Source of the DNA: Klebsiella phage 05F01
DNA length: 64,000 bases
Sequence record: LC483177.1
Direction: 5' to 3' (one strand)
This document shows, in pieces, positions 35,049 through 45,240 of the stretch. The notes under the pieces are model-generated. The model did not search any database, was not told the DNA's origin, and saw only the letters and a list, made by a program, of their open reading frames with translations. How positions within the stretch are numbered: the first letter of the stretch is position 1; each line of letters opens with the position of its first letter. Made by a program: the position numbers and the translations under genes.

Positions 35049-37307
35049 GTGATTAATTTTGTTACGAAAGAGAATGGTAAAAAGGAAGAATTCAAAGTAG
35101 AGAAACTCCGAAAATGGTCGGAGTTTTCATGGAATAACTCAAAAGGTAAGGTTAATTGGTCAGAGATTGAACTTGAAGCTATTAAACGTTGCTATGATGG
35201 TATCCCAACACGTGACCTACATAAGGCAATGATTGATGTCTGTGTTGATAAGCAAGAAGAACGGTATCTTATCCCTGCTGGTCGTCTTCTTATTGGTCAA
35301 GTGTATAAGGATGCACATGGTGGATTTAATATGATCCCTAAATTCACTGACTTCAATAAAGATATGATTAAGCGTGGCCTTTGGGAAGATATGCATTATT
35401 CTGAACAAGAACTCCTGCAATTTGAAAAAGCAATTAATCATAATAAAAACCTTGAATATGGGTATTCAGTTATCCGACAGTTAGTTGATAAATATCTTAT
35501 CAAAGATAACGTAAATAACATCGTTCATGAATCCCCTCAATTTGCCTTTATGGGGATTGCAATGAAGGTTATGCAGAAGCAACCTTTAGATCGACGCAGC
35601 GAAGATGTCATTAAGCTTTATAAATATGTTAGTGAGTTGAAGATTAATTTACCTTCACCTTACCTGACCACTCTTCGGACACCAATTACAGGTAGTGCTA
35701 GTTGTTGTGTATTCCGTGCAGATGATACAGCCAGTAGCTTGAGCGTTGCTAACCACATTGCACATGAATTCACATTAAACAATGCAGGTATCGGTGTTTA
35801 CCTACAGACCCGTGCAACAGGTCGTGGCGTTAAAAAGAACCGTATCGTTCATGGAGGTTTACTCCCTTATTGGCGTTGGATGGAGTCAAGTGTAGGTGCT
35901 TCTAAACAAAGCTCTCGTGGTGGTAATGCTACAGTGACATTTACTTGTCTTGAACCTGACTGGAAAGACCTTATTCAGACTAAAAATCCACTTACCCCAG
36001 CAGAGAAACGAGTAGATAAACTTGATTACTCTGTAGTAGTTAATAACGCATTCCTTCGTCGTGCTGCTAAAAAGCAAGACTGGATGTTAGTCAGTTATGA
36101 CGATGCACCGGAACTTTATGAAGCTCTATATAAATCAGAAGAAGTTTTTGATGAGGTTTATGAGAAAGTAAGTCGTAAACGTATTAAAAAGACAATTGTT
36201 AATGCACAGAAGATGCTTCTTGATATTGTTAAGCAACGTTATGAAACAGGACGTATCTACCTGTTCTTTGCAGATAATGCAAACACGCATACACCTTTTA
36301 AAGAGACGATTTATCAGAGTAACCTTTGTCAAGAGATCTTTCTGCCAACAAAACCTTTCCATAGTGTAGCTAATCTGTACTCTGGAGAAGATATTAATGA
36401 TGGTGAAGTTGCTTTATGTTTTCTTTCTGCTATTGTAGCAGGTCGTGTTAAGCCAGAAGAGTATGAAGATGTTGCATACTACACTGTATTAACTATCGAT
36501 AACGTAATTGACACTATGAAGTACCCATTCAAACACACAGAGATTACAGCTAAAGCACGTCGTTCTATTGGTGTTGGTATCACAAACCTGGCACACTATC
36601 TTGCATCAAATATGGTTAGCTACTCATCAGAGAAAGGTAAGCAGATGATGCACGAATTAGCTGAACTTCATTACTATAGCTTGGCGAAAGCTTCTTTGCG
36701 TCTTGGTAAAGAAAAAGGTAATGCAGAATGGATGGATAAAACAAAATGGCCCGAAGGTTGGTTACCAATTGATACCTACTCTAAGAACTTAGATTCAGTT
36801 GCTGATTTCGAGAATAAATGTGATTGGGAAACACTACGTAAAGAGATTATTGAAAATGGTGGTATCCGTAATAGCGTTCTAGTTGCTCATATGCCTTGTG
36901 AATCTAGCAGCGTTGTCAGCAATACAGTTAATGGGTTATATCCTATTCGTGATTTAGCACTGTTTAAGCAGTCTCAGAAAGGTAACGTTTCATTTATTGC
37001 CCCTGATGCTGATAAGCTTAAATTGTTCTATGATTATGCTTATGAAATGGAAAAAGAGCCTGTAGCTGATACTTATGCAATCTTTAGTAAATTCACTGAT
37101 CAAGGTATTTCTGCTGATGAGTATGAAAACTTAACTAAAGAAATGAGTAGTGAAGAACGAACTAAACGTTCAGTAAAATTCATTCTGCGATGTGCTAAGA
37201 ATGGTGTTAAGAGTATCTACTATCTAAACAGTAAAACAAAATCTTCTAATACGATTGCCCAAGATGTTGAAGAAGATGAATCAGGATGCGAGTCCTGTGC
37301 AATGTAG
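35049..37307 (+). CDS. nrdA: ribonucleoside-diphosphate reductase alpha subunit (class Ia NrdA), non-ATG start
   Basis: 752 aa; ATP-cone N-terminus; C-terminal CxxC tail (CESCAM). Confidence 0.9.
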   Translation: MINFVTKENGKKEEFKVEKLRKWSEFSWNNSKGKVNWSEIELEAIKRCYDGIPTRDLHKAMIDVCVDKQEERYLIPAGRLLIGQVYKDAHGGFNMIPKFTDFNKDMIKRGLWEDMHYSEQELLQFEKAINHNKNLEYGYSVIRQLVDKYLIKDNVNNIVHESPQFAFMGIAMKVMQKQPLDRRSEDVIKLYKYVSELKINLPSPYLTTLRTPITGSASCCVFRADDTASSLSVANHIAHEFTLNNAGIGVYLQTRATGRGVKKNRIVHGGLLPYWRWMESSVGASKQSSRGGNATVTFTCLEPDWKDLIQTKNPLTPAEKRVDKLDYSVVVNNAFLRRAAKKQDWMLVSYDDAPELYEALYKSEEVFDEVYEKVSRKRIKKTIVNAQKMLLDIVKQRYETGRIYLFFADNANTHTPFKETIYQSNLCQEIFLPTKPFHSVANLYSGEDINDGEVALCFLSAIVAGRVKPEEYEDVAYYTVLTIDNVIDTMKYPFKHTEITAKARRSIGVGITNLAHYLASNMVSYSSEKGKQMMHELAELHYYSLAKASLRLGKEKGNAEWMDKTKWPEGWLPIDTYSKNLDSVADFENKCDWETLRKEIIENGGIRNSVLVAHMPCESSSVVSNTVNGLYPIRDLALFKQSQKGNVSFIAPDADKLKLFYDYAYEMEKEPVADTYAIFSKFTDQGISADEYENLTKEMSSEERTKRSVKFILRCAKNGVKSIYYLNSKTKSSNTIAQDVEEDESGCESCAM

Positions 37308-37310
37308 AAT

Positions 37311-37335
37311 AAGGGGCGAAAGCCCCTTTTTATTT
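37311..37335 (+). terminator. intrinsic terminator GGGGCGAAAGCCCC plus UUUUU
   Basis: hairpin plus T-run after nrdA stop. Confidence 0.65.
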
Positions 37336-37352
37336 AAATAAGGAGGAATAAT

Positions 37353-38432
37353 TTGTCAGCTATAAATTTTGATAATAAGAATTATGAAAGTGGTAAATAC
37401 CCATTATTTTTAGGTGAAGATTTAGGTTTGTATGATACAATCAATATTACATATAACAGTATTGAGAAAAATTACCTTAAGCAACGTGCTCAGATGTGGG
37501 CTGAAACTGAAGTTAGTTTAGACCAGTCTCGTAAGGACTTTGCTACCTGTTCTGAAAATAACTACAATGTAATGATCAAGAACTTGTCCTATCAATGGAG
37601 TGCAGATTCATTGGCAAAATCTATTATTGCATTATTCAGCCCTTTCATTTCCAATAATGAACTGGCGGGGGGCTTTATGTTCCAAAGTGCAATGGAAATC
37701 ATTCACTCAAGAACATACTCTGAAATTATTCGTCAGTGTATTAAAGATCCACAAGAGATTTTTACTGAGATCCGAGCTAACAGTAACATCTTTGATAGGA
37801 TGGAAACTGTTGAAAAAGCCTTCTCAGAACTAAAAAAAGCAGGGCATGAATATTCTTTAGGCATGATTGAGGTAAATGACAACCTTCGCCTTATTATTCT
37901 CAAAGGTGTATTTGCACTACTGGCACTTGAAGGTATCCAGTTTATGTCTTCATTCTCTGCAACATTTGCAATGGGTGAACAACAACTCTTTGTAGGCGCT
38001 TGTAAGCTTATTTCTAAAATAATGCTTGACGAGATACTGCATTCTCAGTTAGACTTAGACATCATTGAGAGTTTACTTAAAGAACCAGAATGGAAACGTG
38101 TTTATGATAATAACTCTGGTGAATTAAAAGCAATTCTTGATGAAGTTGTAAAATCAGAGGAACAATGGGCAGATTATTTGTTCTCTGAAGGACGTGTTGT
38201 GCTTGGTTTGAATGCTCCACTAATGAAAGAGTGGCTATGGCATAATGCATCTCCAATTTATCGTCGTCTGAAACTTCCTTACGATTTTCCTGCTACGTCA
38301 AAAAATCCACTGCCTTGGATGGATAAATGGATGAACCCAGATAAAGTTCAGACTGCTAATATGGAGATACAAAAGACTGAGTATAAACTTAATGTTTCTT
38401 CTACAGATATTGATGAGGAGTTTGATTTCTAA
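37353..38432 (+). CDS. nrdB: ribonucleoside-diphosphate reductase beta subunit (NrdB), TTG start after GGAGGA
   Basis: 359 aa; ferritin-like di-iron motifs; C-terminal acidic tail EEFDF for R1 binding. Confidence 0.85.
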   Translation: MSAINFDNKNYESGKYPLFLGEDLGLYDTINITYNSIEKNYLKQRAQMWAETEVSLDQSRKDFATCSENNYNVMIKNLSYQWSADSLAKSIIALFSPFISNNELAGGFMFQSAMEIIHSRTYSEIIRQCIKDPQEIFTEIRANSNIFDRMETVEKAFSELKKAGHEYSLGMIEVNDNLRLIILKGVFALLALEGIQFMSSFSATFAMGEQQLFVGACKLISKIMLDEILHSQLDLDIIESLLKEPEWKRVYDNNSGELKAILDEVVKSEEQWADYLFSEGRVVLGLNAPLMKEWLWHNASPIYRRLKLPYDFPATSKNPLPWMDKWMNPDKVQTANMEIQKTEYKLNVSSTDIDEEFDF

Positions 38433-38606
38433 TGCAAAATGTATACTTTTTAAATAAAAAAGATTTTTATGAGAAACTCTTGGAGTTTAACTTTAAAAGT
38501 TTTATTTATAGCAATGAAGTAAATCTGCAAAGAATTTCTAATGCAGGGAATAAAAGAACACTGCTAGTAAATGGCACTCTTTACATAGAGAATGAGGAAG
38601 AGTAAA
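38433..38606 (+). CDS. small ORF (57 aa) below track cutoff, overlapping stop/start with neighbours
   Basis: read directly from sequence. Confidence 0.25.
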
Positions 38607-38830
38607 TGGAAGCAATGATAAGTAGTCAGAAAAGTATCAGGTTAGGGGGTTTAGCTTATATGCTGCTGGAAACAGCAGCTAAAGAAAAATGCCCTTTTGC
38701 ATATAAAGAGAATATTAAATCATTCGAGTCACAACCTGATTCTTTCACTTTCTGTGGTGTGATCTATGTTAAAGAGGAAGAGAAGTCTTTATTCAATTCA
38801 GTAAAAAGTATTTGGGAGAGCTATTCTTGA
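38606..38830 (+). CDS. small hypothetical protein (74 aa)
   Basis: track ORF. Confidence 0.4.
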   Translation: MEAMISSQKSIRLGGLAYMLLETAAKEKCPFAYKENIKSFESQPDSFTFCGVIYVKEEEKSLFNSVKSIWESYS

Positions 38831-39810
38831 GATATCTTATTACAGGAGGATTAGGTTTCATAGGAAGTGCTGTAGTTAGAAAACTACTTGAAAGTAAGGA
38901 TAATGTAGTAGGAATTATTGATTCAGAAACCTATGCGGCAGATAGCAGAAATGTTCCACTATTCTTTGTAGATTATTTTAATGTTGACTTATCTAACAAA
39001 GATGATGTAAATTCTGTTGTTAAAGAATTTAATCCAGATTATGTAATGCACCTTGCTGCGGAGAGTCATGTAGATAATTCAATAAAGTCACCTTCATTGT
39101 TTATTGAATCTAATATCATAGGTACTTTTAATCTACTAGAGGCTGTCCGTTTCTACGCACCCAATTTAATTAAATTCCATCACATTTCTACCGATGAAGT
39201 GTATGGAGACCTTAGTGACAGAGAAGAACTGAATTCACTGTTTAAGGAGACAGATGCATATGATCCTAGCAGCCCTTACTCTGCTTCGAAAGCAGCAAGT
39301 GACCATCTGGTGAGGGCATGGCACCGAACTTACGGTTTACCTACGGTAATCACCAATTGTTCAAATAACTATGGACCATATCATCACCCGGAGAAGCTGA
39401 TTCCACGTGTAATCACAAATGCTCTTTTGGGTAAGGAAATTCCTATCTATGGTGCAGGTAGTCAAATTCGTGATTGGCTCTATGTAGAAGACCATGCAAA
39501 GGCACTGATTACTGCCGTAATGAATGCTGTTCCTGGTAGCACCTATAATATAGGTGGACATAACGAAAGGTCTAACTTACGTGTAGTAGAAATAATTCTT
39601 AATCTCCTTAAAGATAAGACAGGCAAAGACTACACTCACTTAATTAAATACGTTACAGATCGTCCTGGTCATGATTTAAGGTATGCTATTGATGCCACCA
39701 AGATTGGTGATGAATTAGGTTGGCATCCAGAAGAAACTTTTGAATCTGGTATTGATAAAACAGTAACATGGTATCTTGAAAATAGAGAATGGTGGGAGGG
39801 CAAGATTTGA
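38812..39810 (+). CDS. rmlB: dTDP-glucose 4,6-dehydratase (RmlB); true start probably TTG at 38827 ([14 protein letters not shown])
   Basis: Rossmann TGGxGFIGS; SDR extended family; YxxxK catalytic motif (YSASK). Confidence 0.85.
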   Translation: MGELFLRYLITGGLGFIGSAVVRKLLESKDNVVGIIDSETYAADSRNVPLFFVDYFNVDLSNKDDVNSVVKEFNPDYVMHLAAESHVDNSIKSPSLFIESNIIGTFNLLEAVRFYAPNLIKFHHISTDEVYGDLSDREELNSLFKETDAYDPSSPYSASKAASDHLVRAWHRTYGLPTVITNCSNNYGPYHHPEKLIPRVITNALLGKEIPIYGAGSQIRDWLYVEDHAKALITAVMNAVPGSTYNIGGHNERSNLRVVEIILNLLKDKTGKDYTHLIKYVTDRPGHDLRYAIDATKIGDELGWHPEETFESGIDKTVTWYLENREWWEGKI

Positions 39811-40673
39811 AAGGTATTATTTTAGCTGGCGGGAGTGGTACCCGCCTATACCCAATAACAAAAGGTGTAAGTAAACAGCTACTACCAATTTATGATAAGC
39901 CAATGATTTACTACCCACTATCAGTTCTTATGTTAGCTGATATTAGAGAAATTCTAATTATTACAACTAGAGAAGATCAAGATAACTTCGTATCATTGCT
40001 AGGGGATGGCAGCAGCATAGGTATTAGTCTATCTTATGCTATTCAAGACCAACCTAAAGGTTTAGCTGAAGCTTTCATTATTGGTGAGGACTTTATTGAC
40101 GGAGATGATGTTGCACTTGTATTAGGTGACAACCTCTTTTTCGGTCAAGGTTTTAGTAGCAAGCTGAATAGAGCTAAAGACTTAGTTAGTCACTCTGGAG
40201 GTGCTGTTTTATTTGGTTATGAAGTAAAAGACCCTGAAAGATTTGGTGTAGTAGAGTTTAAAGGTAATGAGGTAATTAGCATTGAGGAAAAACCTGCCAA
40301 TCCTAAGTCTAATTGTGCAGTAACAGGACTATATTTTTATGACCACACTGTAGTGGAAAAAGCAAAAAGTATTTCTCCATCCATCCGGGGTGAACTTGAG
40401 ATCACTGACATCAATAATCTATACTTAATTGATGAAAATCTCTCAGTAGAGGTATTAGGGAGAGGTTTTGCATGGTTAGACACAGGCACCCATGAGAGTA
40501 TGTTAGATGCATCACAATTTGTTAGAACAATACAAAAGCAACAAGGTATGTATGTCGCATGTTTAGAGGAGATTGCGTATAAAAAGGGCTGGATAGGTAA
40601 GAAAACTCTTTTAGAGATATCTAAATCTATGTTAAAGAATGACTATGGACAATACATTATGGAGCTAATATGA
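39789..40673 (+). CDS. rmlA: glucose-1-phosphate thymidylyltransferase (RmlA)
   Basis: [16 protein letters not shown] signature; start overlaps rmlB stop. Confidence 0.85.
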   Translation: MVGGQDLKGIILAGGSGTRLYPITKGVSKQLLPIYDKPMIYYPLSVLMLADIREILIITTREDQDNFVSLLGDGSSIGISLSYAIQDQPKGLAEAFIIGEDFIDGDDVALVLGDNLFFGQGFSSKLNRAKDLVSHSGGAVLFGYEVKDPERFGVVEFKGNEVISIEEKPANPKSNCAVTGLYFYDHTVVEKAKSISPSIRGELEITDINNLYLIDENLSVEVLGRGFAWLDTGTHESMLDASQFVRTIQKQQGMYVACLEEIAYKKGWIGKKTLLEISKSMLKNDYGQYIMELI

Positions 40674-41245
40674 TGATTCAAAATGCAGGTGCAGATGGAC
40701 TATATGTCATTACACCTGATGTTTTTAAAGACTCACGAGGATATTTTCTAGAGACAAGTAATAATATCACATATAAAGATATTCTCAATGGAGAGTCTTT
40801 TGTTCAGAGTAATGCATCCCTTTCTAAGAAAGGGGTGTTACGTGGGCTACATTATCAAACTAAAAATGTTCAAGGTAAGTTGGTTTCTGTTAGCAATGGT
40901 TCTGTTATAGATGTGGTGGTAGACTTAAGAAAAGAGTCAGATACTTATCTTAAGTACTTTACTCAGTTCCTTTCATCTGATAATAACTTACAATTTTATG
41001 TCCCACCAGGTTTTGCTCATGGATTTGTATCTCTTGAAGAAAATACAAGGTTTGAATATAAATGCACAGACTACTACGCACCAAAGAGTGAAAAAACATT
41101 GTTGTGGTCTGACTCTGATATAGGTATAGATTGGGATAGTATTCTATATGAATTCAACCTTGACTATTTCATCCTCTCAGATAAAGACCAAAGAGGACTA
41201 ACTCTTAAGGAGATTTTGATTGAAAATCCTAGTATTTGGGGCTAA
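40670..41245 (+). CDS. rmlC: dTDP-4-dehydrorhamnose 3,5-epimerase (RmlC)
   Basis: cupin RmlC blocks: [17 protein letters not shown]...GFAHGF. Confidence 0.8.
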   Translation: MMIQNAGADGLYVITPDVFKDSRGYFLETSNNITYKDILNGESFVQSNASLSKKGVLRGLHYQTKNVQGKLVSVSNGSVIDVVVDLRKESDTYLKYFTQFLSSDNNLQFYVPPGFAHGFVSLEENTRFEYKCTDYYAPKSEKTLLWSDSDIGIDWDSILYEFNLDYFILSDKDQRGLTLKEILIENPSIWG

Positions 41246-42029
41246 TGGTCAACTTGGAAGTATCTTTTGTGAAAAATACAGAGATCTGTCTGTCCCTTTA
41301 ACATCAAAAGATGTTGACATAACTAACTACAATGATGTAAGATATGCACTATTAAACATTAAGCCTGATATTGTCATTAACTGTGCTGCATACACTGATG
41401 TAGCTAAAGCAGAAGTTGATTTAGACTTGGCTTACAATGTAAATGCTACTGGTGCTTATTCTATATCATCAATCTCTAAAGAGATTTCAGCAAAAGTTAT
41501 CCACATATCTACAGATTATGTATATAATCAAGATGGCCCTATCTATGTAGGTGATAAAACAAACCCAATAAATAATTATGGTAAGACAAAGTTAGATGGG
41601 GACAAATTAGTATCCTATGCAGATAAGAATAACTTAGTGATAAGAACCGGTTCATTATTTTCTGACAGAGGTAAAAATTTCATTCTAACTTTGATAAATG
41701 CATATAAAAATGGCAAGATGGATTTTGATATTGTTGATGATATGTTATCAAGACCTACATCTGCATTTGATCTAGCTGATGTAATCTATAAAAATAGGGA
41801 TTTATCTGGGACAGTTCATTTTTCAGGGGACACATTAATATCATGGTATGACTATGCTAAATTGATATTTAAATTTGACCCATTAGTTAAGATTAATGCC
41901 GTAAAATCTGCTGAATCAAAAGTAAAAAGACCAATGGTATCTGACCTCATTTCTACACCTATCTTTGATGTATCTGATTTTAAATATAATCTAGAAAAAA
42001 CACTAACACTACTTGGAGTATCTAAATGA
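41220..42029 (+). CDS. rmlD: dTDP-4-dehydrorhamnose reductase (RmlD), TTG start overlapping rmlC
   Basis: [15 protein letters not shown]-terminus; about 270 aa. Confidence 0.8.
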   Translation: MKILVFGANGQLGSIFCEKYRDLSVPLTSKDVDITNYNDVRYALLNIKPDIVINCAAYTDVAKAEVDLDLAYNVNATGAYSISSISKEISAKVIHISTDYVYNQDGPIYVGDKTNPINNYGKTKLDGDKLVSYADKNNLVIRTGSLFSDRGKNFILTLINAYKNGKMDFDIVDDMLSRPTSAFDLADVIYKNRDLSGTVHFSGDTLISWYDYAKLIFKFDPLVKINAVKSAESKVKRPMVSDLISTPIFDVSDFKYNLEKTLTLLGVSK

Positions 42030-42250
42030 TCACTATTTATGGAAAAGAAGATTGCCCTTATTGTGAGGCAGCACAAATGTTAATGGAAGCACGTGGACTG
42101 GATTTCGAATATAAAGATATGAAATCTGATCCAGAAGTATTTGATGAAGTGACTAAACGCCTTGGTGGCATTCCTCCACGACTCGCACCTCAAATTTTTG
42201 ATGGTGAGGTTTATGTTGGTGGATTTGATAAAGCAAAAGACTACTTTTAA
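42026..42250 (+). CDS. grx: glutaredoxin / NrdH-like redoxin
   Basis: CPYC active site; 74 aa. Confidence 0.75.
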   Translation: MITIYGKEDCPYCEAAQMLMEARGLDFEYKDMKSDPEVFDEVTKRLGGIPPRLAPQIFDGEVYVGGFDKAKDYF

Positions 42251-42258
42251 GGAGATAA

Positions 42259-42404
42259 AAATGAAAACTAAACAGAAACGTAAAATGTATAACCGTGCTC
42301 TTAGTTCAGAACTGAAAGCTAAAACCAACAAAACACGTAAACCACGTAAGATTTCTCCTGAACATGCACTTTTCGATTTAATTGATAACGGAACAGAGGA
42401 CTAA
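42259..42404 (+). CDS. small highly basic protein (48 aa)
   Basis: ATG with RBS GGAG; part of track ORF 42162..42404. Confidence 0.3.
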
Positions 42405-42986
42405 TTGAGTATAACAGAAGACCAGTATAAAAAGGCTGCTAGTGACCTTGGGGTTTCAGTAGCCGCAATTAAAGCAGTTGCAGAGGTTGAATCTAATGGT
42501 AGTGGATTTATTGCCTCTACAGGACAACCAAAGATACTTTTTGAACGTCATATCATGTATAAGCAGCTTGTTAAAAACGGACTGCAAGCAGTAGCTGATG
42601 AAGCACTGAAAACACACCCTACAGTGGTTAATAAAACAGCAGGTGGGTATAAAGGAGGTGTTAATGAGTGGCTTCGCCTAGATGAAGCAGTTGACTTGGA
42701 CCGCAAATCTGCGCTAGAGTCCTGTTCATGGGGAGCATTTCAAATCATGGGATTCTACTGGAAAACCTTGGGATACTCTTCTATACAAGACCTTGTTAAT
42801 GCAGCTTATAGTGGTGATGCAGGTCAACTTGATATGTTTGTAAGATTTATCAAAGCAAACCCAGGGATTGTAAAGGCTATGAAGAATCTTGATTGGGCGA
42901 GCGTAGCCAAGCAGTATAACGGTGTTAACTATGCTAAAAACAAGTATGATGTTAAATTACGTGATGCTTATAAAAAATATAGTTGA
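42405..42986 (+). CDS. putative endolysin (N-acetylmuramidase-family peptidoglycan hydrolase)
   Basis: N-terminal AIKAVAEVESNGSGF...ILFERHIMY pattern typical of the phage muramidase family. Confidence 0.45.
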   Translation: MSITEDQYKKAASDLGVSVAAIKAVAEVESNGSGFIASTGQPKILFERHIMYKQLVKNGLQAVADEALKTHPTVVNKTAGGYKGGVNEWLRLDEAVDLDRKSALESCSWGAFQIMGFYWKTLGYSSIQDLVNAAYSGDAGQLDMFVRFIKANPGIVKAMKNLDWASVAKQYNGVNYAKNKYDVKLRDAYKKYS

Positions 42987-43011
42987 CAAACAGACTAGAA
43001 TTATGTAATAT
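42983..43011 (+). promoter_or_regulatory. sigma70-consensus promoter TTGACA-N17-TAATAT followed by 9-bp stem 5'-UTR hairpin (43014..43038)
   Basis: exact hexamers; AGACUCACC-GCUUAAU-GGUGAGUCU hairpin at predicted TSS. Confidence 0.6.
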
Positions 43012-43053
43012 CAAGACTCACCGCTTAATGGTGAGTCTATAAGGAGAGAACAT

Positions 43054-43806
43054 ATGCCAAGCAGCAAAGTCCGTAGCAACAAACGTCGGGAAAAATTTAA
43101 TTCAGAAGAATCAATTCGTGAGAGCCGTTACTCACAAAAATTTGGGCTTGAAACATCAGATTATAAACTGAATGATTTCACTCCTACGGAAGAGCAGCAA
43201 GCTATAGTTCAGAGTATGGTTTGGAATGACTTGACAGTAATCAATGGCCCGGCAGGTGTAGGTAAAACTACAGCAGCACTGTGGAAAGCATTAAAAATGC
43301 TTCGTGAAGGGGATTTCCGTCGCTTAATCTTTATTAAGAATCCAAGCGAGGTCGGGGATGATGCTATTGGATTCCTTTCTGGAGATAAAAACGAAAAACT
43401 GACTGCACACTATGAATCTACTAAGCGTATTTTTCATACTTTCATGGCACCTAACAAACTTGAGAATGACATTAAGTCAATGAAGATTGAATTGACTATC
43501 CCTAACTATGCACTTGGGGCTACTTGGGATAATGCCATCATCCTTATTGATGAAGCACAGCTTATGTCACCTAATACTATTAAGCTACTTCTTGAACGAA
43601 CTGGTGCAAATAGTCGTGTAGTTCTGATGGGTGATGTTAAACAAGTATACTCTATCAAAAAACGTGACAATGGTTTATCTGATTTAATGAGCAAAATTTT
43701 GGATGAGAATGGTAACCCTATTGAAGACTTTGTTGGGTATATCAAGCTTTCTACTAAAGATAACCAGCGATCACGTCTGTCGCAATACATTACTGAGATT
43801 TACTAA
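43054..43806 (+). CDS. phoH: PhoH-like ATPase
   Basis: Walker A GPAGVGKT and PhoH-like length and organisation. Confidence 0.8.
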   Translation: MPSSKVRSNKRREKFNSEESIRESRYSQKFGLETSDYKLNDFTPTEEQQAIVQSMVWNDLTVINGPAGVGKTTAALWKALKMLREGDFRRLIFIKNPSEVGDDAIGFLSGDKNEKLTAHYESTKRIFHTFMAPNKLENDIKSMKIELTIPNYALGATWDNAIILIDEAQLMSPNTIKLLLERTGANSRVVLMGDVKQVYSIKKRDNGLSDLMSKILDENGNPIEDFVGYIKLSTKDNQRSRLSQYITEIY

Positions 43807-43847
43807 TAATAAAATTAGCCAAGGAAGGCTATATAATAGGAGAGATT

Positions 43848-44348
43848 ATGGGGCAACAATTAGTAGAGATTGATTATGCTGGAATTGATAGTGCATATGC
43901 ATCAGGTGTAGTCAAACCTAACGAGTATCGTCAGATTGTTTCAAATATTGTAGAAAAAGAAGTCTTACTTAGAAAAGAATCTTTATCTACTATTCAAAAA
44001 TATAAGATGTTCTTTTCAGTTTTAGTCGGTAAAAACTTCTTTGAAGAATTCTATACCAAACAAACATCAGAAAATTCACTAACCGAAGCTATTATAACTA
44101 TCGCATCTAATGAACCAGAAAAGTTATTAATTGACGAAGAAGAATCGAAATACCTATTCCTTAGTGATGTATTTTATAAGAAAGCAGTTTTAGTTCGTGA
44201 TTGTAGTGATGTACATAAAAGCGAATATAATATTAATAAATCAAAGATGTTCGTGGATAAGCCAACTCTTCGTGCTATAGAATATTTAAATAAATATGCA
44301 GCATCGGGCAGAATGTTAATTAACCTTTTTGAAGGGGGGAAAGTATGA
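43848..44348 (+). CDS. hypothetical protein (166 aa)
   Basis: track ORF. Confidence 0.45.
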   Translation: MGQQLVEIDYAGIDSAYASGVVKPNEYRQIVSNIVEKEVLLRKESLSTIQKYKMFFSVLVGKNFFEEFYTKQTSENSLTEAIITIASNEPEKLLIDEEESKYLFLSDVFYKKAVLVRDCSDVHKSEYNINKSKMFVDKPTLRAIEYLNKYAASGRMLINLFEGGKV

Positions 44349-44896
44349 CAACAATTATCGCAACTCGCACAAAGATCCTTAGTGATGGTAAAGTCACTGT
44401 AGGTAGTCGTATTGACAGTGTTGATACAAAGAAGGTTCGTAATGTTTCTGGATATCTTATTGGTGGGGCAGGTCGTTATTCATCTATTCTAACATTCTTT
44501 GATTGGTATCAACAAAACCTCTTATGTCAAGATGCTCAGTCTATGATTCCTGGTTTATCTATTATGGATGACAGCAAAGAAGATGAGCAATTCACTGCTT
44601 TAGTAGTTCATCCAGACGGAGTTATCTATTTACATGAAGGAAGTAATCCTTCCCGTGCATATCCACTAGATGTAGATTACTATGCTATTGGTAGTGGTGC
44701 AGATTTTGCACTAGCTGCGCTTAAAGGTGGGGCAACACCTGAAGAAGCTATGGAAGTGGCTAAACAGATGGACGTATTCTCTGGTGGAGAAACTTTTGTA
44801 GAAGAACTACAAGAACAAGTACAATTAACTCGTGAATCTTTTGAAAGCAAGACTAAGAAAGAGATCCTTGATACACTCTTTCCAAAGGAAGAGTAA
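44345..44896 (+). CDS. HslV / proteasome beta-like Ntn-hydrolase peptidase
   Basis: Thr2 after Met (TTIIATR), KKVR, GxAG and AIGSGADFALAAL blocks align to E. coli HslV. Confidence 0.6.
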   Translation: MTTIIATRTKILSDGKVTVGSRIDSVDTKKVRNVSGYLIGGAGRYSSILTFFDWYQQNLLCQDAQSMIPGLSIMDDSKEDEQFTALVVHPDGVIYLHEGSNPSRAYPLDVDYYAIGSGADFALAALKGGATPEEAMEVAKQMDVFSGGETFVEELQEQVQLTRESFESKTKKEILDTLFPKEE

Positions 44897-44900
44897 TTAA

Positions 44901-44926
44901 AAGCCCTACGGGGCTTTATTTATATT
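44901..44926 (+). terminator. intrinsic terminator AAGCCC-UACG-GGGCUU plus U-rich tail
   Basis: hairpin plus T-rich run. Confidence 0.5.
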
Positions 44927-44941
44927 GGAGGATAAGTTATT

Positions 44942-45238
44942 GTGGAAATAATTAATACTTATATTTGGTGGTGTGGTGTTGCTTTAAATATAGTAATGTG
45001 GATTGTATTTTCTATCCTATTATGGAGTATCTTAATCCACCCATCTATTCAGGCAATAAGCCTTGCTAGAGTGTATATAAAGGCGCTTGGTAAAGAGAGA
45101 ACTGTATCACGTATAAAGATTTATTGGTGGGCACAAAAGGAACTCTTCTTAGGAAAATCTTTTGAAACTATCAGAACAAATAGATTTGAATGGTCTGATA
45201 TTAACGATTGGGTAATTTATCAGGAATTAGAGGAGTAG
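44942..45238 (+). CDS. small membrane protein (2 TM)
   Basis: hydrophobic segments WWCGVALNIVMWIVFSILLWSILI. Confidence 0.4.
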   Translation: MEIINTYIWWCGVALNIVMWIVFSILLWSILIHPSIQAISLARVYIKALGKERTVSRIKIYWWAQKELFLGKSFETIRTNRFEWSDINDWVIYQELEE

Positions 45239-45240
45239 CC

